Source: an uncultured Collinsella sp.
GTDB lineage: Bacteria > Actinomycetota > Coriobacteriia > Coriobacteriales > Coriobacteriaceae
Assembly (NCBI GenBank): GCA_900546375.1
Contig: URCO01000007.1
Location: 3,303 to 67,302 of the forward strand
Direction: 5' to 3'
Length of the DNA stretch: 64,000 nucleotides
Numbering within the stretch: the first letter of the stretch is position 1; every line of letters starts with the position of its first letter. The translations under genes were made by a program, and so were the position numbers. Below are positions 29,909-39,892 of this stretch, in pieces. Below the pieces are notes generated by a model that was not told the origin of the DNA, made no database searches, and saw only the letters and a list, made by a program, of their open reading frames with translations.

Positions 29909-30211
29909 CAAAGTCCTCGCTTTCGTGTTCTAGAACTTCCGGTTGGAGACGGGTTTGCTTTGGCAGGTTATCCGGCGCGGGCGCGCACCGGCCATACCGA
30001 TATCCAACCCGCCAAAACAAAACCGTCCCCAAACGGTCGATCCTGTTGTGCGGAAGGATTCCGTTCGTTGCTTAAACTATAGCGCTCTAATTCTAAATGT
30101 AAAGCGTTTTTTTCTTTTTTCTTTCTCGAGCTTCTTAGATAAAGGTTATATGGGTGCCTTGTTAAGGGTTATACTTACTTGCGTATTGATATATGTCGGA
30201 AAGGAGGTTCA

Positions 30212-30931
30212 ATGATTCCCAAATACGAGGCGATAGCTGCAGATATTCGTCGAAGCATCGAGGATGGCACTCTTAAACCGGGCGACAAGCTTCCCACCGT
30301 CGTTGAGTTCTGCGAGCTCTATAGCGTTTCCAAAATCACCGTCAAACGAGCTATTGAACAAATCACCGAAGAAGGTCTTATTACCAGCCGACGCGGATCG
30401 GGTACCTACGTTAAGGACACGGCGGGACTTCCCGGTCAGGCGTTTTTCCAGGGCAAAAACGACCGTGCCCAGGGCTTTTCGTATGAGCACCGCGGGGAGA
30501 AGGTGACCTCGGTGGTCTACGATTTCTCGATTGTTAATCCACCAGCGGACATCGCAGCCCAGCTGGGAATTGCCGAGGATGACTTTGCCTATCACATCGT
30601 GCGTGTGCGTCAGGCCGATGAGAAGCCCATCGTTATCGAGTACACCTACATGCCCCTCGAGCTGATTCCGGGGCTGAAAAAGAAGGACCTGTACGGATCG
30701 GTCTACCACTTCATCCGCGAGCAATGTGGGCTGAAGATTTCGAGCTTCCACCGTACCATTCGCGCCGTGGCAGCAACCGAGGAAGAAGCCGAGCGCTTGG
30801 ACACCAAGCCTGGCTCTCCCCTGCTCGAGCTCACCCAGATTGGCTTTTTGGACAGCGGCGCCGCCTTTGAGTATTCGGTCTCGCGCAACGTTGGCGACCG
30901 CTTTGAGTTGCACAACGTAACGTTGGCATAG
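30212..30931 (+). CDS. GntR/HutC-family transcriptional regulator (GmuR-like, UTRA domain)
   Basis: KYEAIA..LKPGDKLPT..VSKITVKRAI..RRGSGTYV. Confidence 0.9.
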   Translation: MIPKYEAIAADIRRSIEDGTLKPGDKLPTVVEFCELYSVSKITVKRAIEQITEEGLITSRRGSGTYVKDTAGLPGQAFFQGKNDRAQGFSYEHRGEKVTSVVYDFSIVNPPADIAAQLGIAEDDFAYHIVRVRQADEKPIVIEYTYMPLELIPGLKKKDLYGSVYHFIREQCGLKISSFHRTIRAVAATEEEAERLDTKPGSPLLELTQIGFLDSGAAFEYSVSRNVGDRFELHNVTLA

Positions 30932-30999
30932 GTTTTTGTAGTCATCCGGGCGCTCGCTTTGAGCTGTTTTGTGCAGCGCCCGCGCAACACAATGGGGGT

Positions 31000-31938
31000 A
31001 TGAACATGTCCGATTTGATTAAGCTGACGCCGATCTTCCACGAGAAGATCTGGGGCGGTCGCCAGCTCGAAACCGTATTTGGCTACGACATTCCCGATGG
31101 CCCCATCGGTGAGTGCTGGGCCATCTCGGCCCACCCCAACGGCGACTGCCAGATTGCGGAGGGCCCGTATGCCGGCCACACGCTGTCGTGGCTGTGGGCC
31201 GAGCATCGCGAGCTCTTTGGCAACTGCGAGGGCAAGGAGTTCCCGCTGCTCATTAAGATTCTGGACGCCAAGGACGACCTTTCGATCCAGATTCATCCCA
31301 ACGACGAGTACGCTGCCGAGCACGAGAACGGTAGCCTGGGCAAAACCGAGTGTTGGTATGTGCTGGACTGCGAGCCCGACGCCACGATCATCGTCGGCCA
31401 GCGTGCTAAAGACCGCACCGAGGCCGCACAAATGATCGAGGAAGGACGTTGGGACGACATGCTCAACGTGTTGCCGATTCACAAGGGCGACTTTTTCCAG
31501 ATTGATTCCGGTACCGTGCACGCCATCAAGACCGGCACGCTCATTTTGGAGACGCAGCAGTCGAGCGACGTGACGTATCGTCTGTACGACTACGACCGTC
31601 CCGGCACTGACGGCAACCTGCGCCCGCTGCACATTGAGCAGAGCCTCGACTGCATCGACTTTGATGCTCAGGCTCCGACCGACGGCACGGTGACCGCGCC
31701 CGAGGTGGACGGCGTGACCGAGCTCGAGTCCAACCCCTGCTACACCGTCGATCGTGTGCGCGTCAACGGCAGCAAGACCCTCGACCAGCGCTGGCCCTTC
31801 ATGTGCCTGTCGGTCATCGACGGCGAAGGCACCGTCTGCGGCGACCCCGTCCACAAGGGAAGCCACCTGCTGGCCCCGAGCACCGTCAGCTCCATCGACC
31901 TCGAAGGCAAGATGGAACTGATCATCAGCCACCTGTAG
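31000..31938 (+). CDS. manA: Mannose-6-phosphate isomerase, type I
   Basis: IWGG, GECWAISAHPNG, FPLLIKILDA..LSIQIHP, GKTECW, ETQQSSDVTYRLYDY. Confidence 0.93.
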   Translation: MNMSDLIKLTPIFHEKIWGGRQLETVFGYDIPDGPIGECWAISAHPNGDCQIAEGPYAGHTLSWLWAEHRELFGNCEGKEFPLLIKILDAKDDLSIQIHPNDEYAAEHENGSLGKTECWYVLDCEPDATIIVGQRAKDRTEAAQMIEEGRWDDMLNVLPIHKGDFFQIDSGTVHAIKTGTLILETQQSSDVTYRLYDYDRPGTDGNLRPLHIEQSLDCIDFDAQAPTDGTVTAPEVDGVTELESNPCYTVDRVRVNGSKTLDQRWPFMCLSVIDGEGTVCGDPVHKGSHLLAPSTVSSIDLEGKMELIISHL

Positions 31939-32219
31939 GTCGCACCAACAACCCAAACGCAACAAGGGGCTCTCCCGTCCATGTGCGGGAGAGCCCCTTG
32001 CCATATCTATTTATCAGCCCACCCGGCTCTCCAGATCAAAAAGCGAACGAGCAGAGCGACGTTCGCAAGCACCGTTACCCAAGGACCTGGGCGGGCGTAT
32101 AGGGCAACATCGATCGCGAGTTCCGCACGCAAAGGAGAGCACTTAATGTGCTCTCCGTCTTGCGCAGGACTGCCCGAGCAGGCGATGTTGCCCTATACGC
32201 CCGCCCAGGTCCGCCAGGA

Positions 32220-35114
32220 TCACGACAGCTTGACGATCGGCGCGAAGCCCTTCATCAGCTTTTTGGTCTGACCGGTCTTTTCGAATTGAACCTCGATCAT
32301 GTCTCCGGCGACCGAGATCACGGTACCCGTGCCAAAGGTCTTGTGGCTCACGGTATCGCCTGCGGCAAAGTCCTGCGATGCGCTGGCGCGATCAACCTTG
32401 CGCTCCACCGTCGGGGACACCTTGGACGAGGGCTTTTTGGCTCGCGGTGCGCCCGAGCCAAAGGTCGAGGCAACACGGCCAGCGTCGGGCGAGACCCCAC
32501 GATGGCGCTCGGTCCCGTAGCTGCTGCCACCAAAGAAATCGTCAAAGCTCGATCCGCCGCGCGAACCGGAACCGCCAGTCGAGCGCGTATGCGAACCAAA
32601 TACCTTGCCGCCGTACATATCCGAACCCATGCCCGAGCCAAAGGTGCCGTGACGGTCGCCGCGCTTCTCCCAACCCGTGCCTTCAAAACCGGCAGAACCG
32701 ATACCGCTAAACTCGATATCCTCAAACGGAATCTCGTTGAGGAAGCGCGAGCGCGGGTTGGCAGAGGTCGAGCCGTAGGTGCGACGCGTGGCCGCATAGG
32801 TCAGGAACAGGCGCTTACGGGCACGCGTGATGGCGACGTAGGCCAGGCGACGCTCCTCCTCGAGCTTACCCGGGTCATCGCTGCCGCCAAAGTCGTGCAC
32901 GTGCGGGAAGATGCCCTCCTCCATGCCGGCCACGAACACCGCCGGGAACTCCAGGCCCTTGGCGGAGTGGATGGTCATCATGGTGATGGCATGCGTCTCG
33001 CCGGCCAGGGAATCCAAGTCGGAGCGCAGGGCCAGCCACTCCATGAGTGCCGGTAGCGCCTTACAGGTGAGCGGACCGTAGGTGCGCTCAATCTCGTCGG
33101 CATGCACGGCACCCGCCGGCATCCCCGTCGGCGCGGCATACGCGTTGCCCGCGATGGCGGCGGCCAGGGCATCCTGCGGCGAGAGCGCCGGGGCGGCTAG
33201 GCTATCGAGCGGATTGGAACCTGCGGCATCGCGCGCGCCGACGAGTGCCTCAAACGAGGATGCCGGGGCAAATGGCCCCGGTTCGGGCGCGGGCGCGCTC
33301 ACCACGACGGGCTCGGCGCCGGCAGGCACGTCGGCAACACCAGCTGCGCGCAGCTCTTCCAAGCTCTCGAGCGTACCCTCGATGTCCTCGTGCGTCTCCT
33401 CAAATTCGGCAGCGACGCCCAGGAATTCCTGGATGTTCTCGGCACGGCTCTCAGACTCCATGGTGCCCTCGGCGCGAAACGCCTGCAGCAGACCCGTCTT
33501 ATCGACAATCATCTCGACGACGTCCTTGAGCTCGCCGTCCATGCGGCGGCCCTCGCGCACCAGCGACACAAAGCTTGACAGGCCATTGCGGACCTTGGCG
33601 CTAAACATGCCGGTTTCGGCACACGCAATCTCGCAAGCCTGGAAGAACGAGCAACGGTTGTCGCGCGCCAGCTGCTCGATTTTTTGGATCGAGGTGGAGC
33701 CGATGCCACGGCGCGGTGTGTTGATGACGCGCTTGACGCTCATCTCGTCGGCCGGGTTCACGATCATCTTAAGGTAGGCCATGACATCACGGATCTCGGC
33801 ACGGTCGAAGAATCGCGTGCCGCCCACGATCTTGTAGGGCACGCCCGCGCGCAGGAACATATCTTCGAGGATACGCGACTGGGCGTTGGTGCGATAGAAC
33901 ACGGCGATGTCGTCGTAGCTCGTGCCTTTGGCATGCAGCTTCTCGATCTCGCCGGCAATCCAGCGGCCCTCGTCGCGCTCGTCGCTCGCCTGGAAGGCCT
34001 GGATCTTCTCGCCATCGCCCTCGGCCGTAAACAGGCGCTTGTCCTTGCGCTGCGAGTTGTGGCGTACCACGGCGTTGGCGGCGTTCAGGATATGACCCGT
34101 GGAACGATAGTTCTGCTCCAGCTTGACGGTCTTGCAGTTTTTAAAATCCTTCTCAAAGTCCAGGATATTGGTGATGTCGGCGCCACGCCAGCTGTAAATG
34201 GACTGGTCATCGTCGCCCACGACCATGAGGTTTTGGTACTTGGCGGCCAGCAGGTTGGCGATTTCGTACTGGACGTGGTTGGTGTCCTGATACTCGTCGA
34301 CGCTAATGTAGCGGAAGCGCTCTTGGTACTTATCGAGCACCTCGGGGCGGGTGCGCAGCAGCTCAAGCGCGCGTACGAGCAGGTCGTCGAAGTCCATCGC
34401 ATTGGCGGCGCGCAAGCGACGCTCCAGCTCCAAGTAGACCTGTGCGGCCTTTTTATCGTTGGGGCTATCGGCGCTCTTGAGCATGTCCTCGGGGCCGATC
34501 ATGGCGTTTTTGGCCGAGCTGATCTTGCTGCGGATCATGTTGATGGGGAACTGCTTTTGCTCGATGCCGAGCGCCTGCATAATGTCGCGCACCATGCGCT
34601 TTGAGTCATCGTCATCGTAGATGGTGAACTGGCCGGTGTAGCCCAGCAGGTCGGCGTCCTCGCGCAGCATGCGCACGCACATGGCATGGAAGGTGCACAC
34701 CCACATGCCGCGGGTACCGCTGGGAATGAGCGCCGCCAGACGCTCGCGCATCTCGGCCGCGGCCTTGTTGGTAAACGTGATGGCAAGAACCTGCCAAGGC
34801 TTAACACCCAGGTCGCCGAGCATATGTGCGATGCGGAAGGTCAAGACGCGGGTCTTGCCCGAGCCGGCGCCGGCGAGCACCAGCAACGGACCCTCGGTGG
34901 ACAGGACCGCCTCGCGCTGGGCGGGATTAAGGCTGTCAATGTCGACGAGCGGCTTGGCGGGCTTGGGCGCCGGCGCGGGAGCGTCGTAGATGTCGAGCGG
35001 GACGAGCTCGGGCTCCGGCGCTGCAGGGGCGGTGTATGCATCGAGCGGCACGGGTTCCGGCGCGGGCGGCACGGGTACCGCGGCGTTCTTTTCCCAGGGC
35101 AGGGGCTGGGTCAT
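32220..35114 (-). CDS. pcrA: UvrD/PcrA ATP-dependent DNA helicase
   Basis: AGAGSGKT, TFTNKAA, VDEYQD, GDDDQSIY, QNYRS, HSAKGLEF, EERRLAYVAITRA. Confidence 0.93.
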   Translation of the reverse strand: MTQPLPWEKNAAVPVPPAPEPVPLDAYTAPAAPEPELVPLDIYDAPAPAPKPAKPLVDIDSLNPAQREAVLSTEGPLLVLAGAGSGKTRVLTFRIAHMLGDLGVKPWQVLAITFTNKAAAEMRERLAALIPSGTRGMWVCTFHAMCVRMLREDADLLGYTGQFTIYDDDDSKRMVRDIMQALGIEQKQFPINMIRSKISSAKNAMIGPEDMLKSADSPNDKKAAQVYLELERRLRAANAMDFDDLLVRALELLRTRPEVLDKYQERFRYISVDEYQDTNHVQYEIANLLAAKYQNLMVVGDDDQSIYSWRGADITNILDFEKDFKNCKTVKLEQNYRSTGHILNAANAVVRHNSQRKDKRLFTAEGDGEKIQAFQASDERDEGRWIAGEIEKLHAKGTSYDDIAVFYRTNAQSRILEDMFLRAGVPYKIVGGTRFFDRAEIRDVMAYLKMIVNPADEMSVKRVINTPRRGIGSTSIQKIEQLARDNRCSFFQACEIACAETGMFSAKVRNGLSSFVSLVREGRRMDGELKDVVEMIVDKTGLLQAFRAEGTMESESRAENIQEFLGVAAEFEETHEDIEGTLESLEELRAAGVADVPAGAEPVVVSAPAPEPGPFAPASSFEALVGARDAAGSNPLDSLAAPALSPQDALAAAIAGNAYAAPTGMPAGAVHADEIERTYGPLTCKALPALMEWLALRSDLDSLAGETHAITMMTIHSAKGLEFPAVFVAGMEEGIFPHVHDFGGSDDPGKLEEERRLAYVAITRARKRLFLTYAATRRTYGSTSANPRSRFLNEIPFEDIEFSGIGSAGFEGTGWEKRGDRHGTFGSGMGSDMYGGKVFGSHTRSTGGSGSRGGSSFDDFFGGSSYGTERHRGVSPDAGRVASTFGSGAPRAKKPSSKVSPTVERKVDRASASQDFAAGDTVSHKTFGTGTVISVAGDMIEVQFEKTGQTKKLMKGFAPIVKLS

Positions 35115-35447
35115 GGGCGACTCCTCATCTGACGGACGGCGCGCCTGCGGGCAGCGCCATAGTTTGAGCCGTACCAGTATACCGAGCCGCGCGGACACCG
35201 ACGCAAATCACACCACGACTCCGTGCGCCACCGTCAGACCCGCCCCAGCGGATTTGGCGCAATGGGGTCAGGTTGCTTTGCACCAATCTATTGACAATCA
35301 CGGAACCGCCGATGTCATGGCCACGGTAGCGAGCGGCGGCCAGGGCGAACAAATTGGCATGAAAAGAGGGCGGCATAGACCTTTTGGTCATGCCACCCCC
35401 TTTGAATGACAAGTTGTCGCCCTGGCCGTCGCGCAGCGTCAACTAAG

Positions 35448-36422
35448 TTAGAGGCCGAGCATCGGCTCCAGGACAAAGAAGTACGCGAGAACCACGATGC
35501 CCAGGATGATGCGGTAGACGCCGAAGCACTTAAAGTCGTGACGCCGCACGAAGCCCATAAGCCACTTGATGGCAATGAGCGACACCACAAAGGCGACGAC
35601 GCAGCCCACGCCCAGGATGGCGATTTCGTTGGTGCCGAACGTGCCGCCCTTAATAAAGTACTTGACCAGCTTGAGCGCACTCGCACCAAACATGACGGGA
35701 ATGGCCAGGAAGAACGTGAACTTAGACGCCACCGAGCGCGTGCAGCCCAGCAGCAGGCCGCCGATGATCGTGGAGCCGGAGCGCGATGTGCCCGGAATCA
35801 GCGAAAGCACTTGGAAGCAACCGATACCCAGCGCGGTCTTCCAGCTCAGATCCTCGAGCGTAGTGATGGAGCCAAAGTCCAGGTTATCGTCATCGTCTGA
35901 AGCGGCAGCCGCAGCGGGAGTGGCAAAATGCGCACCAGCGGGGCGTCCGCCCGCCACCACGGCACGCGAACCAAACGAACCGGCAAGAGCAGCCTGGTCG
36001 CGCTTGTTCGCGCGCCAGTTCTCGATCACAATAAACAGCACGCCGTACACAATGAGCGCCAGCGCCACGACGGGAGCATTATAGAAATGCTCCTCCATCC
36101 AGTCGTTAAGCGGCAGACCGATCGCCGCAGCGGGAATACAGCCGAGCACAATCTTGCCCCACAGTACCCAGGTGTCGCGACGACCCTCCTTGCCCTTGCT
36201 GGGAGAAAACGGGTTAAGGTCGTAGAAGAACAGGACGCAGACAGCCAAAATGGCGCCAAGCTGAATCACGACCAGGAACATATTCCAGAACGTCTCGCTC
36301 ACGTTCATCTTGACGAACTCGTCCACCAAGATCATGTGACCGGTCGACGAAACAGGCAGCCATTCGGTGATGCCCTCGACCAGGCCCATGAAGGCAGATT
36401 TTAGAAGCTCGATGATATCCAA
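35448..36422 (-). CDS. uppP: Undecaprenyl-diphosphate phosphatase
   Basis: Probable TTG start; EGITEWLPVSSTGH, IPGTSRSGSTI. Confidence 0.9.
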   Translation of the reverse strand: MDIIELLKSAFMGLVEGITEWLPVSSTGHMILVDEFVKMNVSETFWNMFLVVIQLGAILAVCVLFFYDLNPFSPSKGKEGRRDTWVLWGKIVLGCIPAAAIGLPLNDWMEEHFYNAPVVALALIVYGVLFIVIENWRANKRDQAALAGSFGSRAVVAGGRPAGAHFATPAAAAASDDDDNLDFGSITTLEDLSWKTALGIGCFQVLSLIPGTSRSGSTIIGGLLLGCTRSVASKFTFFLAIPVMFGASALKLVKYFIKGGTFGTNEIAILGVGCVVAFVVSLIAIKWLMGFVRRHDFKCFGVYRIILGIVVLAYFFVLEPMLGL

Positions 36423-36669
36423 AGGGACCCCCTCGTTAGACACCCGCCGATATTGTTCTGCGGACGGTGCGGGCGATGTCCCATTATCAACCGTTGGCGG
36501 CGCGCCTGCGCCTACCCTTACCAAAAAACTCGCCCGTTCACAGAATTGCGAGCGGTCAAACCCAAATCCTTGGGTATAACTGCAACAAGATAAAGTGTCC
36601 GGCGGCCACGCATCCGCGCCCGCCCGATGCACGAGCCCCACGCCCGTGCGATAGACCAAGGAGGAAACC

Positions 36670-37107
36670 ATGAACGAGGGCTACACCAAGGTATTTGTTT
36701 CACTCGACGGTACTGAGCAGCAGGATTTTGTGCTCGCACGCGCCATCAAGGTCGCCGCGAACAACGGCGCCAAGCTGATTATCGGCCACGTTATCGATTC
36801 CACGGCACTCGAGAGCGCCGGTTCATATCCAGTCGATCTGGTCAACGGCCTAGAGGAGGCATTTAAGAACTCCATCGCCAAGCAGCTCGAAGAGGCCAAG
36901 GCCAATCCCGACATTCCCGAGGTCGAGGTCATGATTCGCGCCGGCCGCATTCGCGAGACGCTCAAAGACGAGATGCTCGACGTGGTCAAGCCCGACCTGG
37001 TGCTCTGCGGCGCTCGTGGCCTGTCCTCGATCAAGTATGCACTCCTGGGTTCAATTTCGACGTTCCTGCTGCGCAACACCGACTGCGACATCTTGGTCGT
37101 GAAGTAG
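36670..37107 (+). CDS. Universal stress protein (UspA family)
   Basis: VSLDGT, DLVLCGARGLS..LLGSIS..CDILVVK; AAGGAGG RBS. Confidence 0.9.
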   Translation: MNEGYTKVFVSLDGTEQQDFVLARAIKVAANNGAKLIIGHVIDSTALESAGSYPVDLVNGLEEAFKNSIAKQLEEAKANPDIPEVEVMIRAGRIRETLKDEMLDVVKPDLVLCGARGLSSIKYALLGSISTFLLRNTDCDILVVK

Positions 37108-37197
37108 CAAACGTACGCCTAACGCATCGCGGAGCGCAAGCCCACGTGCCCAAGTCTTCCAAGAGCGGGACCACCATTACGGTGGCCCCGCTTTGCT

Positions 37198-38487
37198 TTA
37201 GGCTGAGAATTGCTCCAGAACCCTCATTCTCTCAACGGAATCCGTCTGAATTTTCAGAGCGACCCGACCCAAATCTCCGGTTGCAGAGGCAAGTTCTGCA
37301 AGCTGGGCAGACACCTCTTCAGCCACTTCCGCCGCGATGTTCTTGATCATCTTGAGTGGCAGATGCAAATCTTGAGACATGAATTCGAAATCTTCAGGAG
37401 TCACCCCATCGATCACCCGGTGATCCCCAATATCAATCCCAAGATTATGGTCGTATCCCATTATCGTCGTGCAAACAATATCGTATGCAGGGGCCAACCT
37501 CTTTTCCCGCCAACTCGGACTATAAAGAAACGAATGGTTCTTGAGATGCGAGTCGCAATTCCCCAACGCATAATCGACCATTACCTGACGAGCGAACATT
37601 TGAGTATCAGCAATTACGTTAGACGATTGCTCTCTTATCAATCGGCCGCAAAGAGCCATATAGCAGCTATCGGGACGTGTCTCGTATTTCATATACGAAG
37701 GCCAGCCAACCGCTTGGCAAAAATCCTCCTGATGCAGCCTCAGAGGCACATCGAATCCGCTCATCGACGGCGGCTCATTGCTCCAGATTCTGTCATAACG
37801 CTCGGAAAAGAACGCACCAGGAATCGTATCCGAAGCTTCTGAACGGGCAATTTCAAGCCCAGCAGCAGACGCTGCCGTCATGCAAATTAATTCGTTGAAC
37901 GGCAAATCCGGATGTTTAGTTGAAGCAATCTTGACTATGTGAGTCGAGGGGGCAGAGCCGAGCGGCAGCATCCAATCCCCCGACCCGGCCTTTTTTGCAT
38001 CTTTACCGCGCGGTAAAAACCAACCGGTTTTAGACTGAGCGCCCGCCAACGACAGCCTCGAATCCTGCATATCATTTGCAATCTCAAACACTTCCGCCTT
38101 AGAAAGTGCCTCAAAATCCTCGTCTTGCAGAGGACGATAGCCCGGATCGTAGCTCGATTTCTCATCGCCGAGAAACCTCAAGGCACCAACGCACTCATCG
38201 CCCAAACGCTCGAGCATCGATAAATAGTCTGACTGGGGGATTTGAAAACGCATCGACAGCTCATGCCGAACCGGGCCCTCGGGAAGCATGCCCGAAAAGA
38301 AGGCCGAAAACTCATTGCTGGCATATGGCTCATGTCGCAAGGGAAGAGAAGCTGAGAGTGCGGCAGCATCGTCGCGTTCAAGATATCCCTCATCATATGC
38401 AAACGTCTCGTTTACGGGGTCGGCCCTCTCAAATTCTCCGACCAGCTCAAACGTTCCCCGATACTCACGATAAACCTTTAATGCCAT
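37198..38487 (-). CDS. hipA: HipA family kinase toxin
   Basis: N-terminal couple_hipA region (LSASLP, FFSGMLPEG), SLAGAQSK, THIVK, HQEDFCQ, GNCDSHLKN, LAPAYD. Confidence 0.92.
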   Translation of the reverse strand: MALKVYREYRGTFELVGEFERADPVNETFAYDEGYLERDDAAALSASLPLRHEPYASNEFSAFFSGMLPEGPVRHELSMRFQIPQSDYLSMLERLGDECVGALRFLGDEKSSYDPGYRPLQDEDFEALSKAEVFEIANDMQDSRLSLAGAQSKTGWFLPRGKDAKKAGSGDWMLPLGSAPSTHIVKIASTKHPDLPFNELICMTAASAAGLEIARSEASDTIPGAFFSERYDRIWSNEPPSMSGFDVPLRLHQEDFCQAVGWPSYMKYETRPDSCYMALCGRLIREQSSNVIADTQMFARQVMVDYALGNCDSHLKNHSFLYSPSWREKRLAPAYDIVCTTIMGYDHNLGIDIGDHRVIDGVTPEDFEFMSQDLHLPLKMIKNIAAEVAEEVSAQLAELASATGDLGRVALKIQTDSVERMRVLEQFSA

Positions 38488-38723
38488 GAGCCGTCGCCCC
38501 TCTCCCTCAGGATCAAATCGACCCCCAAGCTGTTAGCGATTTGAAGGGTTTGGCGAAGATTGGCACCCGCCTTTCCACGCTCAAGCTCGCTCACAAAGCG
38601 CAAACTGCACTGGTTGAAATCAGCCACATCGCGTTGGGTATAACCGAGCTTCTTCCGGCGCTCACGCAAATATGCACCGAGTTCAGCTGGGTCAAAAATC
38701 GTTCGCTCATTCCAGTCTTGCAT
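38478..38723 (-). CDS. hipB: HipB-like HTH antitoxin
   Basis: LRERRKKLGYTQRDVA..VSELERGK; overlaps hipA start. Confidence 0.88.
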   Translation of the reverse strand: MQDWNERTIFDPAELGAYLRERRKKLGYTQRDVADFNQCSLRFVSELERGKAGANLRQTLQIANSLGVDLILRERGDGSWH

Positions 38724-38732
38724 GCTAATCCC

Positions 38733-38797
38733 CTATGATTATCCCAAACGGGATAATCATAGCACATCATGATGGAATTATCCCGTTTGGGATAATT
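38733..38797. promoter_or_regulatory. Two palindromic hipBA operators (ATTATCCC-N4-GGGATAAT)
   Basis: CTATGATTATCCC-AAAC-GGGATAATCATAG (38733-38762) and AATTATCCC-GTTT-GGGATAATT (38776-38797). Confidence 0.8.
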
Positions 38798-38839
38798 GTC
38801 TTAACGTGAATGACGCTCCGGGACGTTACACCGCGACGA

Positions 38840-39883
38840 CTACTCAAAGTATTGGAATTTGTTGGTCGAGAAGGCAAACGTGACGACGAAGCCTTCGCCG
38901 GGCTCGGATGCCGCGGTGACATCGATACCCATCTTGGAGCACAGGCGCGCCACCAGGTAGAGGCCGATGCCCGTTGCGCGCTTGGTGGTGCGGCCGTTGT
39001 CGCCGGTAAAGCCCTTCTCGAACACGCGCGGCAGGTCTGCCGCACACACGCCGCAGCCGTTGTCCGCGACGGTAAGCTCGATGCGCTCGCTTGCCAGACC
39101 CTCGTCCAGCAACGCACCCGAAAACACGATCTTTACGCCGTCCTCACGCGCATATTTAATGCTGTTCTGAATGAGCTGGCCCAGAATAAACTCGAGCCAC
39201 TTCTCGTCGGTAAAGACCTCGAAGTCGAGGTTCTCGCACACCGGGGCCACATGCGCCGCAATGAGCTCGCGCGCGTTGGCTTTAATCGCGCCCGTCACCA
39301 AGGTTTTGAGATCCCAGCGGCGAATCAGGTAGTCGCGCTCCACGACTTCCGAGCGCGCGTAGTACAGCGCCTGGTCGATATAGCGCTCCACGCGAGCAAG
39401 TTCGCGTGCCAGGTCGTCCACGCGCGACAGGTCGTCTTCGCTGCTGTCCAGGTTTTCCAAAATCAGGTGAGCCGCCGCCAGGGGCAGCTTGGCCTCGTGG
39501 ACCCAGCTCTCGATATAGTCGCGATAGTCATCGGTCTGACGCCTGCCTTCGGCAACCTCGTCGCAGGCGGCTTTGCCCACCCGGCGCAAGACCTCGTATT
39601 CGAGCTCGCCCTCGGCATAGGTCGGGCATTGCACCATCTCTTGCACCCATGCGGGACTCTCGAGCTCCTCTGCCGCGCGCTCCAACTGACGCAGAAAACG
39701 GCGACGGCGAGCGTACTCGATCACGATGCCGAGCATACCGAAGATAAAGGACACGCCAACCGCCACGACCACGATAGAAACGGGTGCACCGGCGACCGTC
39801 AGCACAAAGCAGCTCAGCAGCACGCCGCACGTCCACACGGCGACGGGAAGCAGCGCGTCTTTAAAGAACTTGGCAAACGACAT
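38840..39883 (-). CDS. Sensor histidine kinase (BceS/GraS-like intramembrane-sensing)
   Basis: Two TMs with minimal loop; WVHEAKLPL, DEKWLEFILGQLIQNSIKY, VFEKGFTG, ATGIGLYL. Confidence 0.88.
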   Translation of the reverse strand: MSFAKFFKDALLPVAVWTCGVLLSCFVLTVAGAPVSIVVVAVGVSFIFGMLGIVIEYARRRRFLRQLERAAEELESPAWVQEMVQCPTYAEGELEYEVLRRVGKAACDEVAEGRRQTDDYRDYIESWVHEAKLPLAAAHLILENLDSSEDDLSRVDDLARELARVERYIDQALYYARSEVVERDYLIRRWDLKTLVTGAIKANARELIAAHVAPVCENLDFEVFTDEKWLEFILGQLIQNSIKYAREDGVKIVFSGALLDEGLASERIELTVADNGCGVCAADLPRVFEKGFTGDNGRTTKRATGIGLYLVARLCSKMGIDVTAASEPGEGFVVTFAFSTNKFQYFE

Positions 39884-39892
39884 AGCCGGCCC

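Noticed and set aside
7602..30083. Identical 13-mer CTTAAACTATAGC near the raiA RNA promoter and the GH1 promoter
   Set aside because: It occupies different promoter positions and orientations in the two places; probably chance similarity of AT-rich promoter DNA.
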